Shown: piece by piece, positions 37,663-47,219 of the stretch | Layout of the letters: the number at the start of each line of letters is the position of its first letter | Numbering within the stretch: the first letter of the stretch is position 1 | Position numbers and translations under genes: made by a program | DNA from: Acidimicrobiia bacterium | GTDB lineage: Bacteria > Actinomycetota > Acidimicrobiia > Spongiisociales > ZC4RG35 | Direction of reading: 5' to 3' | DNA: 64,000 nt | NCBI GenBank assembly: GCA_035513335.1 | Contig: DATKCE010000053.1 | Span: forward strand, 25,793 to 89,792 | The notes under the pieces: generated by a model | What the model was told of the DNA's origin: nothing | Seen by the model: the letters and a program-made list of their open reading frames with translations, nothing else | Database searches by the model: none

Positions 37663-38778
37663 TCAGCCGCCGCTCACCACCTGCTCTGCTCCGCGATCGA
37701 GACTGCGGGCGGACCTGGTCTCGAGGAACCCCTGGGGGAGGCGGACCGGGCGGGGCCCATGGCTGTGGCCGCGCACCATGCGGTGGGCCTCCTCGGGGAA
37801 GGAGATGTCGGCGTCGAGTTTGGCGACCAAGCCGGCGAGCTCGATGACCGATGACACCCGGGCGAAGGCGTCGCGCAGCACGGGGCCCACCGGAAACCCC
37901 TTCAAGTACCACGAGGGGTGCTTGCGAAACAGGTTGATGCCAAACGGGTCGCCGAAATGATCGACCAGCAAGGTGGCGTGGCGAATCATGATCCGGCCCA
38001 CCTCACCGAGGGTGGGTGGCTCCTGTGGAGGTCGTCCGGCGAAGACATCGGCGAGATCGCGGAACAGCCAGGACCGACCCAGACAGCCCCGTCCCACGAC
38101 CACCCCGTCGCAGCCGGTGGCCTCCATCATCTCGACGGCGTCTCCGGCGGTCCAGATGTCGCCGTTGCCCAGGACCGGGATCGAGGTGACGGTCTGCTTC
38201 AGTGTGCGGATCGCCTCCCAATCGGCCTCACCCGAGTAGAGCTGACGGGCGGTGCGCGCGTGCAGAGCAATGGCCGCTGCTCCCTCCTCCTCGGCGACCA
38301 GACCGGTCTCCACGTAGGTGAGGTGATCGTCGTCGATTCCCTTGCGGAACTTCACCGTGACCGGGACGCCCCCGGCGTTGGAGACTGCCGCTCTCACGAT
38401 CGATCGGAACAGGTCGGTCTTCCAGGGAAGGGCGGCGCCGCCTCCGTGACGGGTCACCTTGCCCATCGGGCAGCCGAAGTTCATGTCGATGTGGTCGACA
38501 TCGCTCTCTGCCACCAGGTAACGGACCGCCTCTCCGAGAGACACGGGGTCGGTCCCATAGAGCTGGATCGATCGGGGCACTTCGTCGGGGTCGAAGCGTG
38601 CCAGGGCCAGGGTCTTCTCGCTCCTCTCTACCAGGCCGCGCGCCCCGATCATCTCGGAGACGTACAGACCGGCACCGAACTCCCTGCACAACCGTCGGAA
38701 GGGTGCGTTGGTCACCCCTGCCATGGGGGCGAGCACGACCGGTGGGTCGACCTGAAGGCGGCCGATGGTGAGGGACAT
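37663..38778 (-). CDS. dus: tRNA-dihydrouridine synthase
   Basis: VVLAPMAGVTNAPFRRLCREFGAGLYVSEM and NFGCP motifs. Confidence 0.92.
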   Translation of the reverse strand: MSLTIGRLQVDPPVVLAPMAGVTNAPFRRLCREFGAGLYVSEMIGARGLVERSEKTLALARFDPDEVPRSIQLYGTDPVSLGEAVRYLVAESDVDHIDMNFGCPMGKVTRHGGGAALPWKTDLFRSIVRAAVSNAGGVPVTVKFRKGIDDDHLTYVETGLVAEEEGAAAIALHARTARQLYSGEADWEAIRTLKQTVTSIPVLGNGDIWTAGDAVEMMEATGCDGVVVGRGCLGRSWLFRDLADVFAGRPPQEPPTLGEVGRIMIRHATLLVDHFGDPFGINLFRKHPSWYLKGFPVGPVLRDAFARVSSVIELAGLVAKLDADISFPEEAHRMVRGHSHGPRPVRLPQGFLETRSARSLDRGAEQVVSGG

Positions 38779-38801
38779 GCCGGAGATGTTATTTCTCTCC
38801 G

Positions 38802-38849
38802 TTTTCGCGCATCAAATGGCGCGTTCTCAGCGCAGCTGATGTGCGAAAA
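38802..38849 (-). terminator. 13-bp imperfect inverted repeat after the ABC operon and upstream of dus
   Basis: TTTTCGCGCATCA / TGATGTGCGAAAA (1 mismatch) with A/T-rich flanks, in an unusually AT-rich 80-nt spacer. Confidence 0.4.
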
Positions 38850-38859
38850 GGTGAGGCGG

Positions 38860-39669
38860 CTATTTCCTCAGCATGCCGTCGAGACGCCGGGCGGCTATCG
38901 CTGCCCCCACCACGCCCATCACGACCAGGAAGGCGGCGTGGCCGAGCATGGTCCAGTCGACCATCCCCAGGGTGAAGCCGCGCAACAGTTCGGTGCCGTG
39001 GTACAGCGGAGACAGCTTGGCGATGAGCTGCAGGGCCGGCGGGTAGACGTCGAGGGGATAGAAGGTCCCCGAGAAGAGGAACAACGGCATCGTCACCAGG
39101 GTGACCAGGTCGAAGTCCTGCCATGACTTCATCCACGTGCTGGCGGCGAGGCCGACCGCCCCGAAGGCGAACCCGATGAGAGTGGCCGCAGGGACCGCGA
39201 AGATCGCCAGCCAGGACTCGGTCATCCCCAGTCCCCACATCACGCCGACGAATGCCGTCGAGTAGAGCACCCCGCGCAGCAGCGCCCAGCCGATCTCCCC
39301 GATGGCGATGTCCATCGGCTGCATCGGCGTGGTGAGGATCCCCTCGTAGACCTTGCCGAAGTGGAGCTTGAAGAAGATGTTGAACGTGGTCTCGATGACG
39401 GCCCCGTTCATCGCCGATGCGGCCATCATCGCCGGAGCGACGAAGGCGGCGTACGTCACCGCCTCGCCGCTGGGCAGGGCGACGTCGCCGACCAGTGCAC
39501 CGACACCGATCCCGACGGCGAGTAGATAGAACACAGGCTCGAAGAACCCGCTGAAGACGACTTTCCAGAGCCGTCGGTAGGCGAGATAGTTCTTCTCCCA
39601 GATCCTCTGGGCGCGGAAGGGGGTCATCCGCCCCACCGGCGTGATCCTGCTGGGCGCGGAGACGCTCAC
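38860..39669 (-). CDS. ABC-2 type transporter permease (NodJ/DrrB-like)
   Basis: Multi-TM. GTG 39669 overlaps the upstream permease stop (GTGA). An alternative ATG is at 39627 (MTPFRAQRIWEKNYLAYRR..). Confidence 0.8.
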   Translation of the reverse strand: MSVSAPSRITPVGRMTPFRAQRIWEKNYLAYRRLWKVVFSGFFEPVFYLLAVGIGVGALVGDVALPSGEAVTYAAFVAPAMMAASAMNGAVIETTFNIFFKLHFGKVYEGILTTPMQPMDIAIGEIGWALLRGVLYSTAFVGVMWGLGMTESWLAIFAVPAATLIGFAFGAVGLAASTWMKSWQDFDLVTLVTMPLFLFSGTFYPLDVYPPALQLIAKLSPLYHGTELLRGFTLGMVDWTMLGHAAFLVVMGVVGAAIAARRLDGMLRK

Positions 39670-40463
39670 TGACGGATCCTCCTGTCGAGCAATCGGATCG
39701 ACAGGTAGAGCCCCGCCACGGACATCACCACCAGATATGCCACGTGGACCCAGGGCGAGATGGAGGTGACGATCGACTCGTCGACGCCGGGAAGAGAGAT
39801 CTTCCTCACCAACTCGACACCGTGGAAGAGCGGAGTGGCGTAGGCAACCGGCTCCAGCCAGTCGGGCAGCTGGCTTATCGGGAAGAACGTTCCCGAGAAG
39901 AGGAACATGGGGACGATGAGAAACCGGAACAGGGTGGAGAGGCTGCGCCCATCTTTCTGGGTGAGAGTCCAAGCGGTGATGGCGGTGGTGAAGGCCACAC
40001 CTGTGAGGATCGCTGGAGGGATGGCGGCCAGCGCCGGGCCGATCTCGAGCGCACCGAACGAGAACGCGATCACCGCGAACACGAGGAGAGTGAAGGTGAG
40101 GCGTCCGACACCCCAGATCAGACGTCCCCAGACGATGTCCTTCGGACCCAGGGGAGTGGTGACGGTGCCGTGGAAGTTCTTGCGCCAGAGGATCCCGGCC
40201 ATGACCGGGAACGAGCCATCGCCGGCCCCGTTTTGCATGGCGTTGGCGGCCATCAGACCGCTGGCCACGAACGCCAGGTAGGAGATCGACAGTCGTTGTC
40301 CCGATCCTTCGTCGACCAGGGCGCCGAGACCGGCGCCCATCGCGGCGAGGAAGAACACCGGGTTGACGAAGGAGGTGATGACCGTGCCCCGCCAGGTGCG
40401 CCGATAGGCGATCACCTCCGACTCGGCATAGCGAAGCGAACGGCTGAGAGTGCTCGATGTCAC
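39666..40463 (-). CDS. ABC-2 type transporter permease (NodJ/DrrB-like)
   Basis: 265-aa paralogue of the downstream permease (..YAESEVIAYRRTWRG..). Confidence 0.82.
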   Translation of the reverse strand: MTSSTLSRSLRYAESEVIAYRRTWRGTVITSFVNPVFFLAAMGAGLGALVDEGSGQRLSISYLAFVASGLMAANAMQNGAGDGSFPVMAGILWRKNFHGTVTTPLGPKDIVWGRLIWGVGRLTFTLLVFAVIAFSFGALEIGPALAAIPPAILTGVAFTTAITAWTLTQKDGRSLSTLFRFLIVPMFLFSGTFFPISQLPDWLEPVAYATPLFHGVELVRKISLPGVDESIVTSISPWVHVAYLVVMSVAGLYLSIRLLDRRIRQ

Positions 40464-40473
40464 AGGCGGCCCA

Positions 40474-41400
40474 CTAGTCGACCAACCCGCGCCCCGTCAG
40501 CCGCAGGAACACGTCTTCCAGGGTGGAGCGGCGCACCAACACCTGCTCGGGGTTCATGCCCCGCTCGTGAAGCCCGTGTTGGGTGGCTTCGGCGTCGTCG
40601 GTGTAGAGGAGGACGCGGTCGGCGAGGACCTCGGATCGCGAGGCGAGACCGTCGAGACGTAGGACTGCCTCGTCCTTCTGCCCTTCCTCGAACCGAAGCT
40701 CCACGACCTCACGGGGGGCGTAGCGCTGGATGAGCTGACGCGGTGAGCCCTCGGCAGCGATCTTGCCCTGGTCCATGACCACCAGCCGATCGCAGAGCTG
40801 CTCGGCCTCGTCCATGTAGTGGGTGGTGATGATGAGTGTCGCCCCTTGCTGTTTGAGACGGTAGAGGCGGTCCCAGAGCAGATGACGGGCCTGGGGGTCG
40901 AGACCGGTGGTGGGCTCGTCGAGGATGATCAGGTCGGGATTGTTGATGAGGGCGCGGGCGATGGTGAGACGGCGTTTCATCCCCCCCGACAGGGGCTCGA
41001 CCTCGGAGTCCTTCCGCTCTGTGAGCTGGGCGAACTCGAGCAGCTCCTCGATGCGGGGGTTGATCTCCGACTTCTTCATGTCGTGGTAGCGCCCGTAGAT
41101 GTAGAGGTTCTCGGCCACTGTCAACTCTTGGTCGAGATTGTCTTCCTGGGGCACCACCCCGATGCGCTGGCGGATGGAGCGTCCGTCGACATTGGGGTCG
41201 ATCCCGAACACGCTCAGCTTGCCTTCGGTGATCGGGCTCACCGTGGTGATCATCTTCATGGTCGAGGTCTTGCCCGCGCCGTTGGGCCCGAGGAAGCCGA
41301 ACGCCTCTCCCTTGTGGATGTCGAAGTCGATGGAGTCGACTGCGGTGAAGTCGCCGAATCGCTTGGTGAGGCCGCGCGCCTGGACGAGAGATTCAGTCAT
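40474..41400 (-). CDS. ABC transporter ATP-binding protein (NodI/DrrA-like)
   Basis: Walker A GPNGAGKTST, signature LSGGMKRRL, Walker B IILDEPTTGLD. Start trimmed to ATG 41400. Confidence 0.92.
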   Translation of the reverse strand: MTESLVQARGLTKRFGDFTAVDSIDFDIHKGEAFGFLGPNGAGKTSTMKMITTVSPITEGKLSVFGIDPNVDGRSIRQRIGVVPQEDNLDQELTVAENLYIYGRYHDMKKSEINPRIEELLEFAQLTERKDSEVEPLSGGMKRRLTIARALINNPDLIILDEPTTGLDPQARHLLWDRLYRLKQQGATLIITTHYMDEAEQLCDRLVVMDQGKIAAEGSPRQLIQRYAPREVVELRFEEGQKDEAVLRLDGLASRSEVLADRVLLYTDDAEATQHGLHERGMNPEQVLVRRSTLEDVFLRLTGRGLVD

Positions 41401-41453
41401 CAGTCGGAGGACGGTAGTGCCCGTCGGTGACAAGTCTCGAACGGATTCTCCCG

Positions 41454-41497
41454 GCGTTGCTATAGCAACAGGTAGCGATTTCCGAGACTCGGTGCAC
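41454..41497. repeat. 44-bp repeat copy 1, containing the perfect palindrome GTTGCTATAGCAAC
   Basis: 35/44 identical to the reverse complement of 54979-55022. The palindrome is at 41456-41469, 56-70 nt upstream of the ABC ATPase start. Confidence 0.75.
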
Positions 41498-41542
41498 GCC
41501 AAACCGGAGCTTCGCACGGCTTCCGAAAGCGGCGTCCGGGGA

Positions 41543-42037
41543 TCAGTGGCTGTCGAGTCTGATCACCTCGGCGGCTCGCTTCCTGCCGCCGAAGTTGCGC
41601 GGCTTGGCGTCGGCGGAGGGATAGCCGAGGGCGATGGCGTAACGAGCCACCGCCATGTCTAGTACGCCGAGGAAGGCGGCGGCGGCCCGGTCGCGATGCA
41701 AGGTGACGGGGCACGATGCCACGCCGATCGCCTTGGCGGCCAACATCATGTTCTGCGCCGCCCTGCCGATATCGAACTCGTTGCCTCCCGGCTCCTGGAC
41801 CAGGACGATCGTGGCCACAGAGTCGCGCACCGGCTGGGTGAAGTCACCGTGCTCGGCGAGACCCTGGAGCCGCTCCGGGTCGGTAACCGCGATGAACGAC
41901 CACGACTGCTGGTTCTTCGAGCTGCCGGTCCAGCGGCCGGCCTCGAGGATCGCTCCTAGGTCGTCGTTGCTGAGAGGTTGGTTGTCGTAGTCGCGGATGG
42001 CGCGCAGGCCGAGGATGAGGTCGTAGATGTCAGTCAT
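41543..42037 (-). CDS. Nitroreductase family protein
   Basis: LRAIRDYDNQPLSNDDLGAILEAGRWTGSSKNQQSW.. typical nitroreductase N-terminus. Confidence 0.82.
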   Translation of the reverse strand: MTDIYDLILGLRAIRDYDNQPLSNDDLGAILEAGRWTGSSKNQQSWSFIAVTDPERLQGLAEHGDFTQPVRDSVATIVLVQEPGGNEFDIGRAAQNMMLAAKAIGVASCPVTLHRDRAAAAFLGVLDMAVARYAIALGYPSADAKPRNFGGRKRAAEVIRLDSH

Positions 42038-42059
42038 GAACGGAGAGTATGCGCCGCGG

Positions 42060-42497
42060 TCAACCTCTTGGGTACAGGATCATCTGGGTGGCCCTGAAGT
42101 AGGCCAGTCTGCGTCCGGTCGCTTCGTCGCTGACCTCGACGTCCCACACCTGGGTGGTACGGCCACCGTGGATCATTCGTCCTTCGGCGAGCATCGCCCC
42201 CTCGAGCAGCGTTCCGGTGAAGTTGGACTTCAGTTCGATGGTGGTGAAGCCGGAAGCACCGTCGGGGAAGTTCCCCACACAGCCGAACCCGGCGGCGGTG
42301 TCGGCCAGTGTGATGACCGAGCCGGCATGCAGGTACCCGTTGGGGGCGAGGTGGAAGGGTTGGATCTCACAACGCATGCGGGCGGTGCTTTCGCCGATGT
42401 CGATCAACTCGAGTCCCATGTGGCCGGGCAGGGTGGCCTCGCTGGCCTGTCGCAGCATGTCCGCCACCGTTTCCCGATCGGTCTCCTGATACATCAT
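42060..42497 (-). CDS. PaaI-family hotdog-fold thioesterase
   Basis: [24 protein letters not shown] motif. Start trimmed to ATGATG at 42497. Confidence 0.8.
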   Translation of the reverse strand: MMYQETDRETVADMLRQASEATLPGHMGLELIDIGESTARMRCEIQPFHLAPNGYLHAGSVITLADTAAGFGCVGNFPDGASGFTTIELKSNFTGTLLEGAMLAEGRMIHGGRTTQVWDVEVSDEATGRRLAYFRATQMILYPRG

Positions 42498-42585
42498 CGG
42501 GGCGACGTTACCGGTCGGGTTTGGCTGTGCGAGGTGCCGTTCCGATAGGTTGTTCTCCGCCCCAAGACAGAGGAGACCGCGAAGC

Positions 42586-43302
42586 ATGCCCACCCCACAC
42601 ATCTCTGCGCCCGAAGGCGAGTTCGCCCCTTCGATCCTGCTTCCGGGCGATCCGCTCCGCGCCCGGCACATCGCCGACAACTTCCTCGACGAGGCGAGAC
42701 AGGTCAACGAGGTCCGCAACATGCTCGGCTACACCGGGTCATATCGGGGGGTGCCGATCTCGGTGATGGGAACGGGCATGGGCATTCCCTCGGCGTCGAT
42801 CTATGCCACCGAACTGGTCAACGAATACGGGGTGGAGCGGCTGATCCGGGTGGGATCGTGTGGGGCGGTCACGGAGCGGGTCGAGGTGCGCGACGTCATC
42901 CTGGCGATCGGTGCCTGCACCGACTCCCTGGTCAACCGGACCCGCTACGGGGGTCTCGACTTCGCGGCCGTTGCCGACTTCTGGCTCCTGAGAGCGGCCG
43001 CCGAAGCTGCCGAGGCCAAGGGGATCGAAGTCAAAGTGGGCAACGTCCACTCGGCCGACCTGTTCTACAACCCCGACCCGGAGGCCTTCAACCGCATGGA
43101 GGCGATGGGGGTCCTGGCCGTGGAGATGGAGGCGGCCGGCTTGTACGGGGTCGCCGCCGAGCACGGGGCGCGGGCTCTGACCATCTGCACCGTCTCCGAC
43201 CACATTCGAACCGGCGAGGCCACCTCCTCCGACGAGCGCCAGAAGACCTTCAACGAGATGGTCGAGATCGCCCTCGAGACCGTGCGCATCGACGTCGGCT
43301 AG
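42586..43302 (+). CDS. deoD: Purine-nucleoside phosphorylase, DeoD type
   Basis: [36 protein letters not shown] 42586 is preceded by AGGAGA. Confidence 0.92.
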   Translation: MPTPHISAPEGEFAPSILLPGDPLRARHIADNFLDEARQVNEVRNMLGYTGSYRGVPISVMGTGMGIPSASIYATELVNEYGVERLIRVGSCGAVTERVEVRDVILAIGACTDSLVNRTRYGGLDFAAVADFWLLRAAAEAAEAKGIEVKVGNVHSADLFYNPDPEAFNRMEAMGVLAVEMEAAGLYGVAAEHGARALTICTVSDHIRTGEATSSDERQKTFNEMVEIALETVRIDVG

Positions 43303-43364
43303 GGCCGCCGACGGCCGGTAATGGGTGTACAGTCGGTTGCTCATTACGCTAAGGTGCCCCGGCC

Positions 43365-44045
43365 ATGTCCGTCGACCGTGTCATCGTCAAGAGGGCAATA
43401 GCCGACGCCCTGCCCCTGTTCGTCCCGGCGGTTCCGTTCGCCCTGGTCATCGGGCTGGCCATCGTCGAGGCCGGGATCAACCCATTCTCCGGATGGTCGG
43501 GCTCCTGGCTGATCTTCGGAGGGGCGGCTCAACTCACGTTGATCTCCCTGCTCGGCTCGGGTGCCGCCGTGGCGGCGGCGGTCACCGCCGCGCTCGTCGT
43601 CAATGCCCGCCACCTGATGTATTCGGCGGCCCATGCTCCCACTTTCCAGAAACAGCCCTCCTGGTTCCGATGGCTCGGCCCGTATCTCCTCATCGACCAG
43701 ATGTTCGCCTTGACCATCATCGAGGCTGACCGCGACCCTGAGACCTTTCGCACTTACTACCTGGCCGCAGGGGCGACCTTTTGGACCCTGTGGCAGGCCA
43801 CGACGGCATTGGGCCTGGCTCTCGGCCCGGTCGTACCCCTGGAGTGGAATCTCGAGTTCGCCGTGCCTCTGCTCTTCATCGGACTGATCGTCCTCGGTAT
43901 CGACAAATGGCCCAAAGCAGTGGCCGCCCTCGTCGGAGGTGGCGTGACCTTTCTGGTCGCGGGCATGCCCAACAGGACGGGGCTCTTGGTGGGGGCATTG
44001 GCCGGAATCGTCGTGGGCACCGCCCTGGAGAGGATGAGACCGTGA
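43365..44045 (+). CDS. azlC: AzlC family branched-chain amino acid exporter subunit
   Basis: 226-aa multi-TM protein, followed by an overlapping azlD-like gene. Confidence 0.8.
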   Translation: MSVDRVIVKRAIADALPLFVPAVPFALVIGLAIVEAGINPFSGWSGSWLIFGGAAQLTLISLLGSGAAVAAAVTAALVVNARHLMYSAAHAPTFQKQPSWFRWLGPYLLIDQMFALTIIEADRDPETFRTYYLAAGATFWTLWQATTALGLALGPVVPLEWNLEFAVPLLFIGLIVLGIDKWPKAVAALVGGGVTFLVAGMPNRTGLLVGALAGIVVGTALERMRP

Positions 44046-44350
44046 TCGCTTTCCTCGCCACGGTCGTCGTCGGCGTCGGCACGTACCTGAGTCGGTCGAT
44101 CTTCATTCTCGCCCTGGCCCAGAAGAAGATCCCCGAGCCGGTGTTACTCGCCCTCCAATTCGTGGCCCCGGCCGTACTAGGGGCTCTCATCGTTGCTTTG
44201 CTCATCAACGATGACGGCTCCGTGGCCATGGGCCTGCCCGAGCTCACCGCACTCGGCGTGGGTGGATTCATCACCTACAAGACCCGCAACCACATCCTCA
44301 CCCTCGTCGTGGGCATGGCCGTCTTCTGGGTGGTCAGGGCTCTGATCTAG
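44042..44350 (+). CDS. azlD: AzlD family branched-chain amino acid exporter subunit
   Basis: 102-aa 3-4 TM protein (..VGVGTYLSRSIFIL..). GTGA overlap with azlC. Confidence 0.72.
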   Translation: MIAFLATVVVGVGTYLSRSIFILALAQKKIPEPVLLALQFVAPAVLGALIVALLINDDGSVAMGLPELTALGVGGFITYKTRNHILTLVVGMAVFWVVRALI

Positions 44351-45120
44351 CCCCGGCGGTCGTCGATGACTATCGACATGCAGGTGAGCCCACCGTCGGC
44401 CGCCTGGATCTCTGAGACATCGATGGGGACCGGGATCAACCCGAGATCGGCGACCAGGGCGGTGGTGTCCGGGGCGTCGGCGGTGACGAGGACACCACCG
44501 TTCCCCAACGGCAATGCGCTGAACGCATGACGCTCGTGGGGTGCTTCGTAGACGATGCGCAGCCCGGACAGCACCGACTCGTCTACGGATCCCTTCGTCA
44601 CCACGACGGTGTGGTCGTCGACGGGGAGCACACCGGACTTGAGGTGCAGTATTCCCTCGACCGGCACGGTGGTCACCGACAACCCCTGCGATTCGGCGAC
44701 CCGGCTCAGCTGGGCTATACCCTCGTCGTTGGTGCGCTTCGACCGCCCGACGAACACGTTGTCCCCCATCATCATCACGTCGCCACCGTCGAGCGTCCCA
44801 GGTGCCTCGATCTCGTCGACCGGGAACTTCCGCTCCAGACGTTCTATCACCGGCCGCACCTCGCCCCGTCGCTCCTCTGCCCCCGGTCGTGCGGCCACGG
44901 CGACCGACCCGACGATGACGGCCGTGTCCTCGATGAAGACGCAGTCGGGATGGTCGTTGTCTGCGGCCACGAACTCGATCTCGTATCCCGCATCCCGGAG
45001 GGCCGTGGCGTAGCTCTCGTGTTGCCGCCGTGCTTTGGGCACGTTCGGAGCGCGCCCACCGTCCGACACGATGGCCCGGTCGAAGGTGTCGGCGATCACG
45101 CGGAGCAGTGCTGTCGACAT
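44347..45120 (-). CDS. Dimethylarginine dimethylaminohydrolase-like amidinotransferase
   Basis: DCVFIEDTAVIV and C-terminal GGLTCMS (catalytic Cys) motifs. Confidence 0.8.
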   Translation of the reverse strand: MSTALLRVIADTFDRAIVSDGGRAPNVPKARRQHESYATALRDAGYEIEFVAADNDHPDCVFIEDTAVIVGSVAVAARPGAEERRGEVRPVIERLERKFPVDEIEAPGTLDGGDVMMMGDNVFVGRSKRTNDEGIAQLSRVAESQGLSVTTVPVEGILHLKSGVLPVDDHTVVVTKGSVDESVLSGLRIVYEAPHERHAFSALPLGNGGVLVTADAPDTTALVADLGLIPVPIDVSEIQAADGGLTCMSIVIDDRRG

Positions 45121-45139
45121 CCGACGATGCTACGTCGCC

Positions 45140-45171
45140 GAAGAGAGACCCGGGACTCCGGGTCTCTCTTC
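45140..45171 (-). terminator. Perfect 14-bp stem / 4-nt loop hairpin after the NCS2 permease gene
   Basis: GAAGAGAGACCCGG-GACT-CCGGGTCTCTCTTC, 26 nt after the stop at 45198. No U-tract (I-shaped, as is common in high-GC genomes). Confidence 0.65.
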
Positions 45172-45197
45172 TGACTCCGCCCGCTCTCCAGTCGGGG

Positions 45198-46595
45198 TCA
45201 GCCGAACAGCTGGTTGATCCAGCCCGCCTCCAGGGCGACGATGAGGATCGTCAGCACCCAGAGCACCGGATGGATCTCCCTGATACGCCCGCTGAGGGCC
45301 ATCAAGACGGTGTGGGCAACCAATGCCAGGCTGATGCCGAAGGTGATCGAGTAGGCGAACGGCATGCCCACGATGGCGAGAAATGCCGGGATCGACTTGG
45401 TGTAGTCGCTCCAATCGACTTTGACGGCACCAGTCATCATCATGGCCCCGATGACGATCAGGGCTGCCGACGTGGCCACGGCCGGTATGGCCTGCGCCAG
45501 TGGTGAGGCGAACATGGCGAGAAGAAACAGCCCGGCCACCACCAAGGCGGTGAGCCCGGTCTTTCCACCCTCCTCGACACCTGCCGCCGACTCGATGTAG
45601 GTGGTGGTGCTCGAGGTCCCGAGTGCGGCGCCGATGGCAGTGGCGGTGCCGTCTGCGGCAAACGCCGCCCTTGGCGCCTCGATGTTGCCCTCGTCGTCGA
45701 GCATCCCCGCCTTTTCCGTCAGACCGATCAGCGTTCCTGCCGTATCGAAGAAGTCGACGAACAAGAACGTGAACACGACGGCGACGATGCCGAGCCCCAG
45801 CGCCGCTCCGAGGTCCATGGCCAAGAACAAGTCGGTCGGTGCGGTGAAGCCGAAGAACCCGGCCTCGAAGCCGGCGAACGACTCCAGGGTCTCGCCTCCG
45901 TAGTTGTAGGCATCGGTTCCCATGATCATCACGAACGCCGTGACCAGGAGGATGCCGATCAGGATCGCGCCTTTGGCTCTCCTCGCCAGAAGCGCACCGG
46001 TGATGACCAGGCCGGCCAGGGCGATCCAGGGGAGCGGCCCGGTGAAGTCACCGACCGTGACGAAGGTGGCCGGAGAGCCCTGGATGAACCCGGCCCCGGC
46101 GAACCCGATGATCGCCAGGAAGGCGCCGATGCCTGCCGTGATGGCGTGTTTGAGATGAAGGGGGATCGAGTTGAGCACGTATTCCCGCAACCCGGTTAGG
46201 GCGACGATCAAGAACAGGATTCCCGAGAAGAACACCGCACCCAATGCGGTCTGCCACGCGATGCCCAGACCCAGGACCACGGTGAAGGTGAAGTAGGCGT
46301 TGAGCCCCATCCCAGGCGCCAATGCGAACGGTAGCTTGGCCCACAGGGCCATGATCAAGGTTCCCGCCGCCGCGGCCAGGGCGGTTACGGTCAGCAGCTG
46401 CGGGAAGGCCCCGTCGAAGTCGATGGCCACGGAGAGGATGGCCGGGTTGACGAAGACGATGTAGGCCATCGCCAGGAACGTGGTGATGCCGGCGCGCACC
46501 TCTTGACCTACCGACGACCCCCTCTCGGTGATGTGGAAGTACTGGTCGAGCCCGCTGTCTCTACTCGCTACCGGCGGCGTCTCGGTGGTGGCCAT
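45198..46595 (-). CDS. NCS2 family purine (adenine/guanine/hypoxanthine) permease
   Basis: 465 aa. N-terminal LDQYFHITERGSSVGQEVRAGITTFLAMAYIVFVNP is typical of AzgA/PbuG-type permeases. Confidence 0.88.
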   Translation of the reverse strand: MATTETPPVASRDSGLDQYFHITERGSSVGQEVRAGITTFLAMAYIVFVNPAILSVAIDFDGAFPQLLTVTALAAAAGTLIMALWAKLPFALAPGMGLNAYFTFTVVLGLGIAWQTALGAVFFSGILFLIVALTGLREYVLNSIPLHLKHAITAGIGAFLAIIGFAGAGFIQGSPATFVTVGDFTGPLPWIALAGLVITGALLARRAKGAILIGILLVTAFVMIMGTDAYNYGGETLESFAGFEAGFFGFTAPTDLFLAMDLGAALGLGIVAVVFTFLFVDFFDTAGTLIGLTEKAGMLDDEGNIEAPRAAFAADGTATAIGAALGTSSTTTYIESAAGVEEGGKTGLTALVVAGLFLLAMFASPLAQAIPAVATSAALIVIGAMMMTGAVKVDWSDYTKSIPAFLAIVGMPFAYSITFGISLALVAHTVLMALSGRIREIHPVLWVLTILIVALEAGWINQLFG

Positions 46596-46799
46596 GGGTC
46601 AGCTCCTCCCTGTCGATGGCGCACGGGGAGTAAACCACGCGGGAGCCCGCGGTGTCGGCGGGAGAGGGTCTTTTGTCATGCGGGTCCTCGAGGCGTCATG
46701 TCTGCCGGTTTCGGTGGCGTTTTCACCCCCTGTTCCACCGACGTGACCTGCATGGTCAGCTCGATTGGAGCACGACCCGGAGTCGAATAGCGTGAGGTC

Positions 46800-47180
46800 A
46801 TGACCGAGTTCTTCGTCAGCGCCCACGCCTGGTGGCAGTACGCGGTCCTGCTCGCCGTCGTCGTCTCTCTGATCTTTTCGTTCCGTAGCGCGATGATGGG
46901 CTCGACTGCCGAGACCGTCTACCGCGTGACTGCTGTGGTGGTGGACATCCAGGTGGCGTTCGGGATCGTCATCTGGCTCGCCACCGCTGGTTGGGACGGG
47001 GGTTTCCTGCAGGGCTGGTTGCACCCGATCCTGGGGCTGGCCGCACTGGGAGTGCTCCACGTCTCCATCGGTCGCGCCCGCAAGGGCCACCCCGAGGTGG
47101 CCAATCGCACGGTGCGCACCGGGCTCATCATCGCCATCGTCCTGGTGGTCGGGGCCATCGGCGTGGCCGAGATGGCCTAG
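46800..47180 (+). CDS. Hypothetical 4-TM membrane protein
   Basis: 126-aa hydrophobic ORF with good codon bias. Confidence 0.55.
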   Translation: MTEFFVSAHAWWQYAVLLAVVVSLIFSFRSAMMGSTAETVYRVTAVVVDIQVAFGIVIWLATAGWDGGFLQGWLHPILGLAALGVLHVSIGRARKGHPEVANRTVRTGLIIAIVLVVGAIGVAEMA

Positions 47181-47219
47181 ACGAAGCCACCCTGGCGGCG
47201 GGCGCTACCGTCGCCCGTC

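Noticed and set aside
36368-37912. Very long alternative-frame or antisense ORFs (also 3990..5336, 25031..26356, 9623..11230, 56847..58712 and 20 or more others in the track)
   Set aside because: These are Arg/Gly/Pro-rich translations lying opposite to, or out of frame with, genes that have clear family motifs. They are a typical artefact of stop-codon-poor high-GC DNA.
46596-46799. Canonical purine (guanine/adenine) riboswitch upstream of the NCS2 permease
   Set aside because: The conserved junction and loop sequences of RF00167 could not be found on either strand. It is kept only as a generic structured-leader observation.
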